A stretch of 64,000 nt of DNA, taken from Podarcis gaigeae (taxonomy: Eukaryota). The notes beneath the pieces are model-generated. The model saw only the letters and a list, made by a program, of their open reading frames with translations. It ran no database searches and was not told where the DNA came from. This document shows positions 49,811 through 64,000 of this stretch, piece after piece (position 1 is the first letter of the stretch; each line of letters begins with the position of its first letter). The stretch is taken from NCBI GenBank assembly GCA_964106915.2, contig OZ066928.1; one strand, written 5' to 3'. Both the position numbers and the translations under genes were made by a program.

Positions 49811-50051
49811 CAGTGGTACCTTGGTTTATGAACTTAATCTGTTCTGGAAGTCTGTTCTTAAAGCGAAACCATTCTTAAACTGAGGCACGCTTTCCCTAAT
49901 GAGGCCTCCCGCTGCTGGTGCCCTTCCACTGTTTGGATTCCGTTCTTAGACCGAGGTAAAGTTTGCTAACCGGGATACTACTTCCAGTTTTGCTGAGTTT
50001 GTAAACCAAATAGTTCTTAAACAGGACTGTTCTTAAACCAAGGTACCACTG
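49811..50051. mobile_element. Tc1/mariner (Tigger-like) MITE
   Basis: TIR CAGTGGTACCTTGGTTTA at both ends. Confidence 0.82.
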
Positions 50052-51501
50052 CACTCCCTACTGCTTGAACCACCTGAACAGGGAAGAGTGTTTTGTCTGC
50101 AACACTAGACATTCTAAAAGCAGAAATTATATTCAATTAAAATATCCTACATTGCAGACATTTTGTGACTGGATGCAAACTTTATTATGTTTAAAGGACT
50201 TTGTTAAGCAGGTGTTAATTTGTTGTGTGGTACACACCTTTGAACCATGGATGATCATTTCAAGATACTACTTCATTATTATATTGCCTGTTGTAATGCT
50301 GCTGCCTTTCAGGCAAGACTTAACAATTTTAAACAGAAGTGTTTGGGAGAGAAAGAGAGGTAAGTTATGTGTTTTTTAATGTATTACAATAATGCTGGTA
50401 CTAATGTTTTACCTGAAGGTACTATTTTTGTGATAAAATATTTTTCCTGGCTTCCCCCCACCTGCCACGCTATATAGTTACTATTTGATAGAATACATTT
50501 ATATAGGATAAATGGGCAAGAAATGGTGAAGAATATAATTACACTTGACCACTGGAATACTTCAGTTCTTATCATCAACTCAGTGACTTAATGTCTAATC
50601 TCATCTCATTCATAAGTCATGCACTGAAATTTACAGAGGAGAATTTTTATTTTTTTTAGGAAGGAATTCAGCAACCTCATTCACCATATTATGGCTTGCT
50701 AGGACTGTGCAAACCTACTTGTTTCAAGAGAGGAACTTGTACCTCCTTTGCTTCTCCTCGGTCCTTTCAGCATAGAGTGGTATCTAAGCCAGTGTTTCAT
50801 TTAGTATGTCATCAGAACCAGGGATTGTGGTTAAAGTCTCTCCTTGTTAGCACCTTTGTCATATGTGATCCTCGAATGAAGGGTGGTATAGAATTTTTTA
50901 AAATAATAATAATAATATGAAAGCCATACAACATGCTAATTACCTCTTCTTTTGGTTGTTATATTTTGTATTTTACTTTTGGGGAGTATTTCCTATTCTG
51001 AAAACCAATAAAAGTTTTTCTTTTTTTTTTAAAAAAAAGATCTCTCCTCTTTAACTACAATACACACCTGTAAAACAACCTTGGTGGATAAAGAGGAGAT
51101 ACCTTCACCTCTCTGGTTTGGATGACATGCAAACCACTGGTTTCCAACATTTTGGCCTGAAGGAACATTTGGAATTTTAAGAAGGTGCTAAGGGCACCAG
51201 TCAGAAAATGGCTGGCACTTCCAAAAGAGCAGAAAAAGAAACCAGACAGGAATAGAACATGGTTCAAAAATGGAGGAAAAGCTATTCTTTTGTGTTAATT
51301 CGTTAGCAAATAAGTTTTGAAATGCTTTCTACTTTTCCAAACGCTGTTAAGTCTTGGATGTTATGTTTGTTGCTGGTGTGCTGCTGTAGATTAGAACTGG
51401 AAAATAAAATATAACTGAATCCTGAAATAATTTTAAATTACTATAGCCAGCCATATACATACATAGCCACAAATAAAGGCATGATGCTAGCTGGCAAGCC
51501 C

Positions 51502-51561
51502 TTTTCTTTTCTTTTCTTTTCTTTTCTTTTCTTTTCTTTTCTTTTCTTTTCTTTTCTTTTC
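51502..51561. repeat. (CTTTT)n pentanucleotide microsatellite
   Basis: Read directly from the sequence. Confidence 0.95.
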
Positions 51562-54500
51562 TGGCTATCTGCATTGAATAGAAAAAAATAGATAGACAAG
51601 GAAAATAACAAAATGAATATAAAACTCATCACAGTAGGCATTGAACATTGCAATGCTTGAGGTTGACTGTCATTTCCCCCCCCCCCCTCAAAATTAGGGC
51701 TGTATGAGGAGATAATAGTAATGTTTCTGGCCTTTGTACTGAACACTCCCTTCTGAAAACATATTGGGAGCAATCCTTGCTAGGCACCACACAGGAGGAA
51801 AAGTTCGTGATGATAATGATGCCTCTAAAATGCACCCCCAACAACAACTTGGAAACAATCAGGAAAAATGTGATGATAAAAATAATGACTCAGCATTACT
51901 ACTTCCACAATTTGGGAATAGCTAGAATTAATTTATTGTTGTTATGACACCTCTGTAATGAGTCCATCCTACAACTTTGGGACAATCCATGTTGTAGGGT
52001 ATGCAGCAGAAACAAGAAAAGGGTTACCATATTCACACCCACTCCTGTATTCAGTGGAGGCCTCTCAAGCAGCTTTCCGCTGCATGTTCCAGCAGGCAAA
52101 CTAAACAAACAGTGCGGCATCAGCAGGATTCCCATAATTTTTTCCTCACATTTTCAAAAAGTTGTTCTATATGGCCCATAGGCAGTTATTGGGGAGTTGC
52201 TTCTTCTACTCCCAGTTTTTAAGCAGTTCAAGTGGCTACCTGCATATTGCTCTGTGTGGCTGGAAGGCAGCAAAACAAAACAGGACAGCAGTTATGTGGA
52301 TCCGAGGACTAGCAAATAAGACAGAAGTAAGAAAAATACTAAAGTGCAGGGTGAAATGTTATGTTGCCTAGTATCCAAGCAACTCATCAGTCACAGCTCT
52401 GACTTCACTCATTGGCTAAGTACACCAACAGGTAGGAGCAACTAGATTGGTTCATTTCACAAAAATGTGCCTGCCCATTTTTCTTCACTTTTTTTCTCAG
52501 CTAGAGATTAAGCATTGTCATTTTGTTTTTGCTTATTCCTATGCATTTAGCATCTCAGGAACTTTGAATTTTTTTATGGCATTCTTTGTCTTATGATTCA
52601 CATTTATGTTCTTACTGCGTTATACTTGTTCTCTGAGAATTATATTTGATGACTAAAATTAAACCAGTGCATGAGAATTTGCAGAACCGGGCTGTTCTCC
52701 ATCAAACGGGGTTTTTCAACCAGAACCTTGAAAGAAGGAAACAGAAGAAAAAAACAATAGGCAAGGCACTAATGTTATCTTCAAAAACATCACGTTTTAT
52801 GCATGCTTGCCATCTTTTAGTTTTGACATTTGAGTACACATCTTCTGATTGCTGAATTATCGCTTCACTGTTAATGAATAGTCTGAAATTCTTAGGCTTT
52901 CTAGCCACAAGCGTTTACACATTACTTTTTATCACTAATATCCTCTATAGAGAATATTGCCTTTTTAAAATCCCACTGTGACATAGGTATACTGATTATA
53001 CTGATCCATGTAATTTTAAAAAGAATAATAAATACTTTGCATTTTAAAAACAAGGGACTATTATAGAAGAATAAAATGTTCATTGTTCCAATCTGGGATT
53101 AGGTTGTCCATTGTGAGTAGTTAAGGAGTTATTTATTAACCATATTTTTGAAAGAACAACTCTTTTTTTGTGCTGGTGGCACGATCCTCCCTTCCTGTGC
53201 AAATTGGAGGAGATCCCCCAATAATGCAGTCTCCCAAGTTTTCAGCATGCACACTATTTACTCTGATCAGCAAAGGCTCCCATTCTGCTTGCCAAACTTC
53301 TCAGCCTTGAGTCCAGGTGTTAGGCTGCAGTCCTCATCATTCTCAACCACTGGTCATGCTGGCGGGGATTACAGAGGCTGCATTCCAAAATCTGAGGACC
53401 AAAGGTTGGGGAAGGCTACTCTATGCCACAGAGATGCCCTCTCTCACAAGCAGGTTGCAGGTTGCATAAGGAGTGATGGATAATGCCCATTTTGCAAAAA
53501 AAAAAAAAAAACAAAAAAAACCAAGCACCCATGATTCACCATAGCATTACTGATAAATTTAAAAACAAAAATAGTGTTTAGCTTTTTATTTTTATTTAGT
53601 TCTGTTTTCAGTAGCTCCAGCAGTATTCTGATTCATTCACAGATTTCTGAAATACCACTTTCATCAATGACACCAAATACTGCTGCTGTTCAGCAGGTAT
53701 CATTAAATGACATCCAGCACAGGCAATATGAGCACACACAAATTTGCACTGTTAAATTCAAGTGTTACATATCATTAGTATATGTAAATATGTATTATGT
53801 GAAAATGAGCCCTATTTGCCTATTGCTGACCAATTGCAGAGAGGTGTCATATTGGGCATTTAATTCCAAGTTCCAGCAAAGGAAATTTTACTGAATTTTG
53901 TTAGTTTAAAGCACCTTGACTTGATGATACTTCTCATAGTATTGAAAGGGAATAATTGGTATGTTGTTTATGAGTTCAGAATTAAGCTCAATATAGAAGT
54001 AGTGTTCCAAATCAGCAGGGCCATATCAAATGCTTTCTTTCATTCTTCTTCCTGCGCTTGCACTGTAAGTCTAACTCAGGTTAGGATATGCATTGGCACT
54101 GGCCTGAAGCATAGTTAAACAAGATACAATGTGGCATTCAACACTAGTCTTACTCAGGGTAGACCCACTGAAGTTAACATACATAATTTTAGTGGGTCTA
54201 TTCTGAGTAGGACTTGGTTGAATACAACTCATACTGATCAATATCTAGAATTGTTTAGCATACTTGAGTTAAGAAAGAACCCTCATTAGGCCAACTGTGG
54301 TTAAGGTTAGTTTGGCATAAGTTTAATAATGCCTGTCGGGAAGGGGTATATTGGAGTGATAATGCTATCCTGTTTTGATTTATAAATCTGAAGTGTTACA
54401 TCTCTCCTGGAGTCTTACATCACCCTTACAGGGTGACTTGCTAACATTTATACTGTTGTTCTGTCACTCTGTCATCTTTCAGAATGCTATAGTCTGGAAA

Positions 54501-54864
54501 GCAAGCCACATCTTGGATTTGTTTGATATTTTGAAAATCTTGTAATATTTATGGAGAAAGGGGCAGCAATACAAAAACAACTCTGAGTTATTTGTTGCTT
54601 AATCAGACATTATAATGTAACAGACACGTTTCTACAGTGTGCTTGTAATTTTTGGTGGTGAAATTTATTAAAACAGTAAAATAAAACAAATCTATTCATA
54701 TGTGAAATATTCACAAAACAGGCAAAATAAGGTCTGCATGCCAGCTTTATATTGCAAATCATGTTGTGTTTTGCATATACGAGCTAAGAACAATTGAGCA
54801 ACATTGGTAATACTTGCTTCTTGCTTCCTTCTAACTGGTTTTTATTGTTGTTTGTTTTTTATAG

Positions 54865-55023
54865 TGGATGATGTTGGGGAAAAGCTAGACCATATTGGAA
54901 ACACACCTTTAAAAATCAGCACTGAGGTTTCACATGATGATGTATCTAAAGATGATGGTTTTGGTTCTGAAGTCATTAAAGTTTACATATTTAAAGCTGA
55001 AGCTGAGGATGATGTGGAAATAG
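54865..55023 (+). CDS. ZNF711: ZNF711 exon ([10 protein letters not shown]...[17 protein letters not shown])
   Basis: Conserved VIKVYIFKA motif and canonical splice sites. Confidence 0.96.
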
Positions 55024-55503
55024 GTAAGTATCACAACTTCTGATGTTGCTAGTTTGTAGTGTTTACAAAATCCAGTTGCTTACATTGTGTAAAACAAATA
55101 CTTCTTCGTAGTGGTTTCCAATTAAATTCCTTCCATTGTCTTTCATAAGGGAATCTAAAATAACTAAGATACCAAAACAAAACCATGAAAACTCTGCCCA
55201 TAGATTACATATAGCTTGAAGCACCCCCAGCTTCTGCCTTGGCTATCTCACTCAACTTCCAGAACCAACCCCTTTCCCCATGCCCTTGAAAGGACTCCTC
55301 TGAGTTTGTTCCTTTCTCCCATATGTCCAACCCATGACAATTTGTCATGCTAAATGGAAATTAAAATGCTGCCTCACCGTGCTGTCTTTCCTCCCAATGA
55401 CAGTTGTTGTCTTGTTATTTCATCAAGCACACAGAAAAGAAATGAAACATTTTACTGTTCCTATCAAAACGTTATCAAATAAAAATTACTTATTCTCTTC
55501 AAG

Positions 55504-55650
55504 GTGGAACAGAAATTGTAACAGAGAGTGACTTTCATAATGGGCATTCTGTAACTGGAGTTTTAGAGCAAGGCAGCGTCGGCAGAGTACAGCGAGAGAA
55601 AATGGTTTATATGGCTGTTAAAGATTCCTCTCAAGAGGATGAAGATATTG
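55504..55650 (+). CDS. ZNF711: ZNF711 exon ([11 protein letters not shown]...[19 protein letters not shown])
   Basis: Conserved REKMVYM motif and canonical splice sites. Confidence 0.95.
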
Positions 55651-56362
55651 GTAAGAATTATATTTTTGTGTGGCTAAGAAAGTAATATTGTCATTTCTGC
55701 CCCCCCCCCCACAACCACTGTGAACATGAAGGGATTTTATCCCTATATTGTTATATGATTATTTTATACTTAAAATGAGGATAGAGATCCTAACACACAC
55801 ACCCCGCCTAAGTTACATGCACCAGGCCACAAACAAGCTGAAATTCAATCAACTGCAAATGAGAGGTCATTGCAAACCTTGTCACTTTTGCTATTGTTTG
55901 CACTATATTGCACATCATGGACTTGTGATCCGATACATATATGGGCAGTTTTCTTTGAAATGCAATCATCAGCATTTTTATTTAGAACTAGGTGCAGCCT
56001 GTACTGCACCAACCTTCCCATCAGAGCTTTTTCCTGGTATGCACATTGACGCCACTAACAGGAAGTCAGCTATGTAGGTGTGCCCCTCCCCTCTTGTCTG
56101 CTCCTGCTGAGAAACAGCCCCTACCAAGTTAAGTGGGCTTCTTTCCTATGAGATATGTATCAGTTTGTAGTCTTGAACATAGAGGGGAAACTCTTGATGG
56201 CAATTCCATGAATCTGGCGTTCTGATTTTGGATTTTCACAAATAGATTGGTAGCTTCTGCTTTAGGAGATAACTACTAAATCAAATACGAATTAATTGAG
56301 CAAAGCTGGAAAATCGCATATATAGTGTCATTAATTTATATACCCTTTAAAACTAAATATAG

Positions 56363-56500
56363 GTTGTGCTGAAATAGCTGATGAAGTTTACATGGAGGTT
56401 ATTGTTGGTGAAGAAGAAGCAACATCGCTGCCTGAAGCACAGCTGGAAGACACTGGTGTGAATAAAACTTTTGTTCCTGTTGCATGGGCTGCTGCTTATG
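56363..56500 (+). CDS. ZNF711: ZNF711 exon (GCAEIADEVYMEVIVGEEE...VPVAWAAAY)
   Basis: ZFX-family EIADEVYMEVIVGEE and AWAAAY motifs; 138 nt, in frame. Confidence 0.93.
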
Positions 56501-57496
56501 GTAGGATGCTAGATTATGACTTCATGAGAGTCCCTTCTCTCCTTTCTAATTGTACTAACCCATCTCTGCCCAAATAATAATTTTAACATTTAGTGGACAT
56601 AAAAGCATAATAAAACATATTGTACAGAGGACCTTGGATTCATTTTAAAGACTCTCCAGAGTTCTTTCTGCCTTTAGCAGTTCATGTGGCAATTGAAATG
56701 AAGCTTTCAGAATTAAGTCTTAAGTTTTAATATTTAATAATAGTAAGGGAACTTCAAACACTTGCTCAAAGAACCCATTTTCATGCACGTGTCTGCATAT
56801 TCTGTTTGTAATTATAGGAAATTGTCAGCCCACCTACACTTAGACTTGCTGCTCCTAGGTTTACCCCTGTGCTACCCATTCTCTTTTTCCAGAAAATGTT
56901 ACAAAAATGGCTGAATTCACCTAATGAAATTAGAGAAGCATTTGAAACCCAGATCCCCAAAATACAAATATATATTTCATTTTTTAAAAAAACCTCTCAC
57001 TAGATGGCAAATTCAAATGGTGTTACAAATGTGACAAAAGTCATATGCTATCTGACCACTGTACAAAGCAGAGGTCCACAAATACTGTTAACACACTTTC
57101 CATACCAGACAACAATTTAATTCTGGTAGTCAGAATTGGGGGTATGGTTTCCAGAATAGAAAAGCTCTTATATTTTGCCCTTTTGGTTTTTTAAAGTGCC
57201 AACATTTTCACTTTTAAGCCCAAGTCTGCTGCAATATAGACTGCTGTTATGTCTTCCATCCTGTCCCATGTCCTCACAACTGGCTGAGCAAGAGCATAAT
57301 TTTTAAACTTCCTTTTAACTTTCCTCATTCTGTTTAGTTCCCTCTTATATATATACGCTTGTCTGAATCTTTGCACTGGAATAAAAGATTGTGGCAAAGG
57401 GAATACGGAGGGTTAGCCTGTAACTTGAAGGCCCTAGTTAGCCAAACAACCGCTGATGTGTAGCAATGTGTGCACATACCTATGTTCCTATGGGAA

Positions 57497-57570
57497 GGGA
57501 CGGTAGCTCAGTGGTAGAGAATATGCTTTGCTTGTAGAAGGTCTCAGGTTAAATCCACAGCATCTCTTTT
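57497..57570 (+). mobile_element. tRNA-derived SINE head (not a tRNA gene)
   Basis: TAGCTCAGTGGTAGAG A-box and a degenerate B-box; the stems are mismatched. Confidence 0.6.
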
Positions 57571-58101
57571 AAAAAGGGATTGCAAGTAGAAGATGCTAAA
57601 AAAGACAATTATCTAATACCCTAGAAAGTTACTGTCAAAGTTGACAAAACTAGGAAAGACTAATAGTCACACTCCGTGTAAGGCTGCTTCATATGATTCT
57701 GACAAATCAGAGGCTCAGTGCTAACAAGTTGTATGGTGTTTCTGTTAATGCTGTGAACTAATGTGCAAATGTTATTTTGTAGAATAGCTTCATACAAACA
57801 TTCAAAGGCTAGTTTTTTTTTGTGTGTGTAATGAAAAATAATAATGTAGACACTACATTTATGGCATAAAAAAGATGAATGTCTGGAAAGCAGTGACTAT
57901 TAGTAAGTTTTATTTTTGAAGCAACTGACAGCAAATCATGTATCTAAAGTGAAAGTTAGTGTGAGATTTGGGGGGGGGGTGGTAAAAAAGTAACTTGGAA
58001 ATAGAAATGATTAGCTTTGTTGTTTTCTGTGTTGGACTGCTTTGAAATCATCATGCAGTTGGAATGTGTGAACTGTTTCAATGAACTACCTGTTCCCCTA
58101 G

Positions 58102-58149
58102 GAGATGATAGAAGACTTCCCCGGAGGTATGAAGACTGTCAAACAACAG
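58102..58149 (+). CDS. ZNF711: ZNF711 48-nt exon (GDDRRLPRRYEDCQTT)
   Basis: Matches human DERRVSRRYEDCQAS; ctag acceptor and GTCAGT donor. Confidence 0.88.
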
Positions 58150-58967
58150 GTCAGTAGATGAAGAATTGCTCATATGTCTAGTATTGCAAAGATGTTGAGA
58201 ACTACATTTAGGCTTCATCAGCAACTATATAAGAATTGGCACATTAATATTAATACAGCAGATAATTCAATGTAAATGAAAACACAATTATGATATTAAC
58301 CAGCCCCTTGCGTAGGGCTGTCAATAGCCCTTCTGTGACATTCCCAAAACAAACCCTCTTTCCTTTTAAACTTGGCACCAGCTCTTACAAGCAGCTAACT
58401 CTGTTTCATTTTTGGATGAAATACTCCATTAAAATGCTAAAGGAAGCAAGAAGAAGCTATGCTGGAGCAATTTTTGTGCCTTTCTGCTCTATACCCAGTG
58501 CTGGATCCGGTGAATCTTTCATTATAGGAGTTCTTTTCAATATGTTACCTTAAGTATGTCTACTCAGAAATAAACCCCACTGAGTTCATTGAGAGTTACT
58601 CCTAGTAACGTGCATATGATCACAGCCTGAATGTGAGAATGATGTTGGCTGACATTTTTTTCATTTATTAATTCAAAGTATTTCCTCCTGTTCTTCACAG
58701 TCTTAGCTTCAGAACAGCTTGTGTAAGATGAATAGAAACAAAAGCAAATCATTGCTTTCTGTGTGTTGTATTAAAAATATATATGTAGCTATTATCCAGT
58801 GTGTGTTTCTAGCATCTTATGATGAAGCAGAATCCCATTGTCCCAATCTCAGTGCAAACACAATTGCAACAGATGGTCCTTTCTCTAAACAGCTTCAGTG
58901 TTCAAAATAAGCTCTTATAAGGTAGCCTCTTGCCACATTGTGATGCGTATCTGGTCTTTCACATCAG

Positions 58968-59111
58968 GAACCAACTTGGATGCAAGATTAGAAAACAAAA
59001 ATGTTAATGCAACACAATTCCTGCAAATCTGTGATAGCATTAGCACAAACAGACTGCTTAAACAGAAAGCCAAGAAAAGGAGGAGAGGGGAAGCAAGGCA
59101 GTGGCAAACAG
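58968..59111 (+). CDS. ZNF711: ZNF711 exon with NLS ([11 protein letters not shown]...[17 protein letters not shown])
   Basis: Basic NLS and canonical splice sites. Confidence 0.95.
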
Positions 59112-60800
59112 GTAAAACGACTTCCTTGGCTAGCTTTTACCTACTTATCTGTAGCTTTTAGCATTCTTAAATTAGAAGATAAAAGTGTAGTTGATTCCGT
59201 ATTCTTACAGTGTTAGGAGTTTTTCTTTTTTGGGAAAAGATACCTTACGATTTCATCCAGTTTTCTCTTATCTTATTAGCTGCATAGTCAGAAGTGTATT
59301 TCCTGACTTTCTTATACTACAAGTTCATGTAGTATTTCTGCAGTAGCTAAGTTCTTGTTATAGTAACATAGTAGGAGGCATGTGGATTGGAAATTTCTAA
59401 AAGGTAATTTATAAGAGATTATTTTTTGTTGTGTTGCACTGTCAGCTTGTGCATAGCCAGCACAAAGATTTATTTTTTTTAGCAAGGGCAAGGAACTCAG
59501 TGCATTTTTCATTGTAGAATTTACACAATATTAGACTACAGTGTAGTCATTATGGGACATAGTCATTTGCACAGCAGATATCCATGTTTCGGTAATTCAG
59601 CCACTTACATTTACAGTTTTCTTTCTGAAAACAAAAATAAAAAGTCTCCGCATAAAAATTCCAAGGAAATCAACTGAATTTTTCAATAGAAGTACTTCTT
59701 TACCCCAGCCAGTGTAAAATACTGGAGTAAAAATGTCAAACAGAAACTATCCAGGAATACATATAAATACCCAAACCTTGGAGATGTTTGTGTGTGCTTC
59801 TAAACACCATGGTGCATAGAATATGCCTTATTAGGAAGTTTTTTTATTCCGGCCAACTTAACGTGTTGGTAAAAATGTCCCACGCCATTTTTCAAACAAA
59901 AACTGATACAGGGAAATAGACTTAACCATCATCCTTCTAGCACCACACTTTTTCACTTTGGAATATTGTACTACCCTGACTTTGGAATTTTGGTTGAGGT
60001 GGTCAGTTGTCTTTGAAAGCCATCCATGTTGTTTTTCCAGTATTGTTTTAGGACTTAATCTCCATACTTGTTAGCCCAAATATTGATGACAAGTGTTTTG
60101 AGCTTATCCAGCTAGAAGCTTGCTAAGTTTGAAGTTCTTAGCTTCAGCTTTGGACACAAGAACTGTCTTTCATTCCTCAGTCTCTTTTGTAAAAGTGTTA
60201 AATTTCAGTGCCTCTTGGTAAATCCTCAGAAGTGAAGGCTTGTTTAATTGTTATCAGCAGTAAATTTCAGCATACGTTGACAAAATTATGAAGAATTGAA
60301 AATATGGTTGAATAATAGAAAGTGAAAAGACTATAAGAATTATAAGCAATAAATACAAATTCTAGTCGTAATAGGATTCTTAAGATCTAGTGAATGGGAG
60401 AGAGGTTGACCCTAGAAGAGGGTGATCCAACTTTGTATGCCTCCTCTTTGAGACTGCGGAAGCACAGATTTTGAAAATGGCAAAAAGAATGTTCCACGAA
60501 TGTGTTGAGACTGGATCCACAGAATTCAACCCACTCCCACTTCACTGATATCCTATTGAAATCAGTGGGAGGAAAACTTAAAAATAAATAAATCATAGCA
60601 TAGGAAAGGAACATTAAAAAGGCAAAATGTGGGGGCCCAATACTTTCTCCCCTGCTGGCAAGAACCTAGTTGGTCATAGGAAAAAGCAATTAATCTGCCT
60701 TTAGTTCTCACTCTCCCACTTTTGGATTGCTCTGTTCTTTATTCAAAACATTACATGATTGGTGTTTTTTAAAAAATGATACTGTGTTCTGCTTCATTGA

Positions 60801-62042
<1,242 letters not shown>

Positions 62043-63643
62043 CATATGAGCTGTAGAAGAAAACGGTTTAGAAACTGTGATCTGCTTAATTGGGGAAGAA
62101 AACTCTCATGAACTGTTTCTCCTGGTTTCAAAGCTTGATATTAAATCATAACTTTACATTCTTTGTATTACAAGTCTTTAAAAGTATTAGGGTTGACAGG
62201 GGATCTCATAGCCCTATGATTGTTGCTCATCAAAACCTAAAGAACACTATAAAATGCAGAGATGAATGTTTGAAAAGCTGCGGAAAGAGACCTTGAATGT
62301 CTTCTGTTTAAAGTGTTATATATAATTAAGCTAAAGAAAATACTAAGACCGTTATCTTAGCCCTTTATCAATAACGCCATTTATATCCTTAATGAAAACT
62401 GGGGGTGGGAGTTTTTGGAAATGTTTGCTATGGCAAGTCTACAATATGCAGGTAGAAGTCAGTTGCTTTGTCATTACATTTTTTAACTGTGCTGGGAAAC
62501 CAGAATTGGTTAGATTTTGAGATCTGTCTTTTTTTGTTGTTGTTGTTAAAGCAAACACACATTTCACCAGGAAACATAGTTTCCTTCCTTTATTTAGGTT
62601 CAATGAGCAATATTTAAACTTTTTTTCCCAGAGCTACTGACCTATGTTATCGCAGGATATGGTGTTAAAAATACAGCATTGTTTTTGAGCTCAAAAGGTG
62701 TTGTTCAGTACTAGGATTGAAGATGTGTGTATATATAATTTCCCTTTTTATCTGAAAACTGCAGTTGAATGTTCAGTATGGCACATATAAAAAAATTACC
62801 TTTTGGCCGATCTAATTATTATAATATTTTTGAAAAAGAATAAAAAATTGATGGCTGCGGCTGTTGGTGCTATGATTTGGCACTGTTTTTCTTGCTATTT
62901 TACTGTTTTCCTTTTTCAAAAAAGAGTATCAAGATTACATTAGTTGGAAATGCCTAGGGAATCTTAGGGGGCAGTGTTCCTGGCAAGGGTAGACTACTGT
63001 GGTCCTTCCTTGCAAATTAAAAATCTTTCCATATAGAAATGAAAATTGCACCTTTTAATCAATTCATACAAAACATATACCATACTATAAACATGCATTT
63101 TCAATCTGTAAGAAAGTTATATATGCAGTATTTAACCAGAACAATATGCTGCCGCTAGAGTTTGGAGGTGGATCTTCAGTTTACAGTGTATACATTTGAA
63201 ATATGCATCCCTTTAAACAATGCTTTGTGTTAGCATGCTGCAAATCAAAGTGGCGCTTAATATAACAAGCTGGTCTAGGGCTATTTAATAATTAAAAACT
63301 GTTCATAAATGTTATGCATATAATGTGTACTTTTTTAAAACTTTTTTTTTAAGTTGCTTTATGTTTGCACACAGCTGTTCACATAATAAATTGTAACTTT
63401 ACTTCATGCTACTATATTGTGGCTTTGTGTTTCAGATAATGTTCATACTTTGTTTTTGCACCAGATGAGAATCAGTTCCTTGAGAATAAATTTTTTTTAT
63501 ATTTCTAAACTTCAGAAAGTTAACTTTGGGAAACCTTGTGTTTTATGTGGCTGTAAAAAATGATGTACACGATGTAAAATAAGATTGTCACTGTTATGTG
63601 GGACTATTATTTCAAAATGTGTTACTCATTGTAATGAGCATAC

Positions 63644-63649
63644 AATAAA
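63644..63649 (+). terminator. Candidate ZNF711 polyadenylation signal (other AATAAA at ~63385 and ~63485)
   Basis: AATAAA at the end of an AT-rich ~1.6 kb 3' UTR, followed by T/GT-rich sequence. Confidence 0.55.
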
Positions 63650-64000
63650 ATGCATCTCTTGCACTCCAAGCTTCTTGAAAAAGTTTGCATTCCTTGCTCA
63701 GGCTACATATTTGTTTTGCTTACTCATCATTTAGTTCAAATTTTAATTGTTGACATCCTGATCACTGTTTTTGAGGATTTATTGTAAATCACAATCACAG
63801 TAAGCGCCAATTTTTTTTAAAAAAAATTGTAATTGATTAAGAGTGCAAAGACAGAACTCTCATTTACAGAAAAAGATAGTGGTTAAGCCTTTTTTCATTT
63901 AATTGTTAGTGTGTGATTTTAAAAATTGTGTTCATATTCAGTCTTGCCTCTTAAATTCTATTGAGTGAACCAATATTGCCCGTTCATTGAATCTGCAGTA

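Noticed and set aside
57497-57570. tRNA gene
   Set aside because: The B-box is degenerate, stem pairing is poor and related decayed copies exist in the window, so this is a SINE head.

Overview
Eukaryotic genomic DNA from a squamate reptile. Sauria SINEs, a BovB tail, Squam-type SINEs and L2/CR1/L1 remnants point to a lizard, possibly a lacertid. The ORF track is almost all noise because the real genes are spliced. Three genes were rebuilt by hand from splice signals and phase continuity. (1) On the minus strand, coding exons 1-5 of a compact SAT1-like spermidine/spermine N1-acetyltransferase (16687->1559); the last exon lies left of the window and synteny suggests SATL1. (2) On the plus strand, a 7-exon, 283-aa type I membrane protein that I cannot name (20504-31624), with a signal peptide, one 8-Cys EGF-like module, a TM helix and a Tyr-rich tail. 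It lies entirely inside a ~13.5 kb segment bracketed by ~1.55 kb inverted repeats. (3) On the plus strand, a complete ZNF711 (8 coding exons, 807 aa, 44581-62042) downstream of a CpG island at ~40.3-41.9 kb. The most notable find is the EGF-TM gene in its inverted-repeat cassette, which may also be nested in the first intron of the SAT gene.
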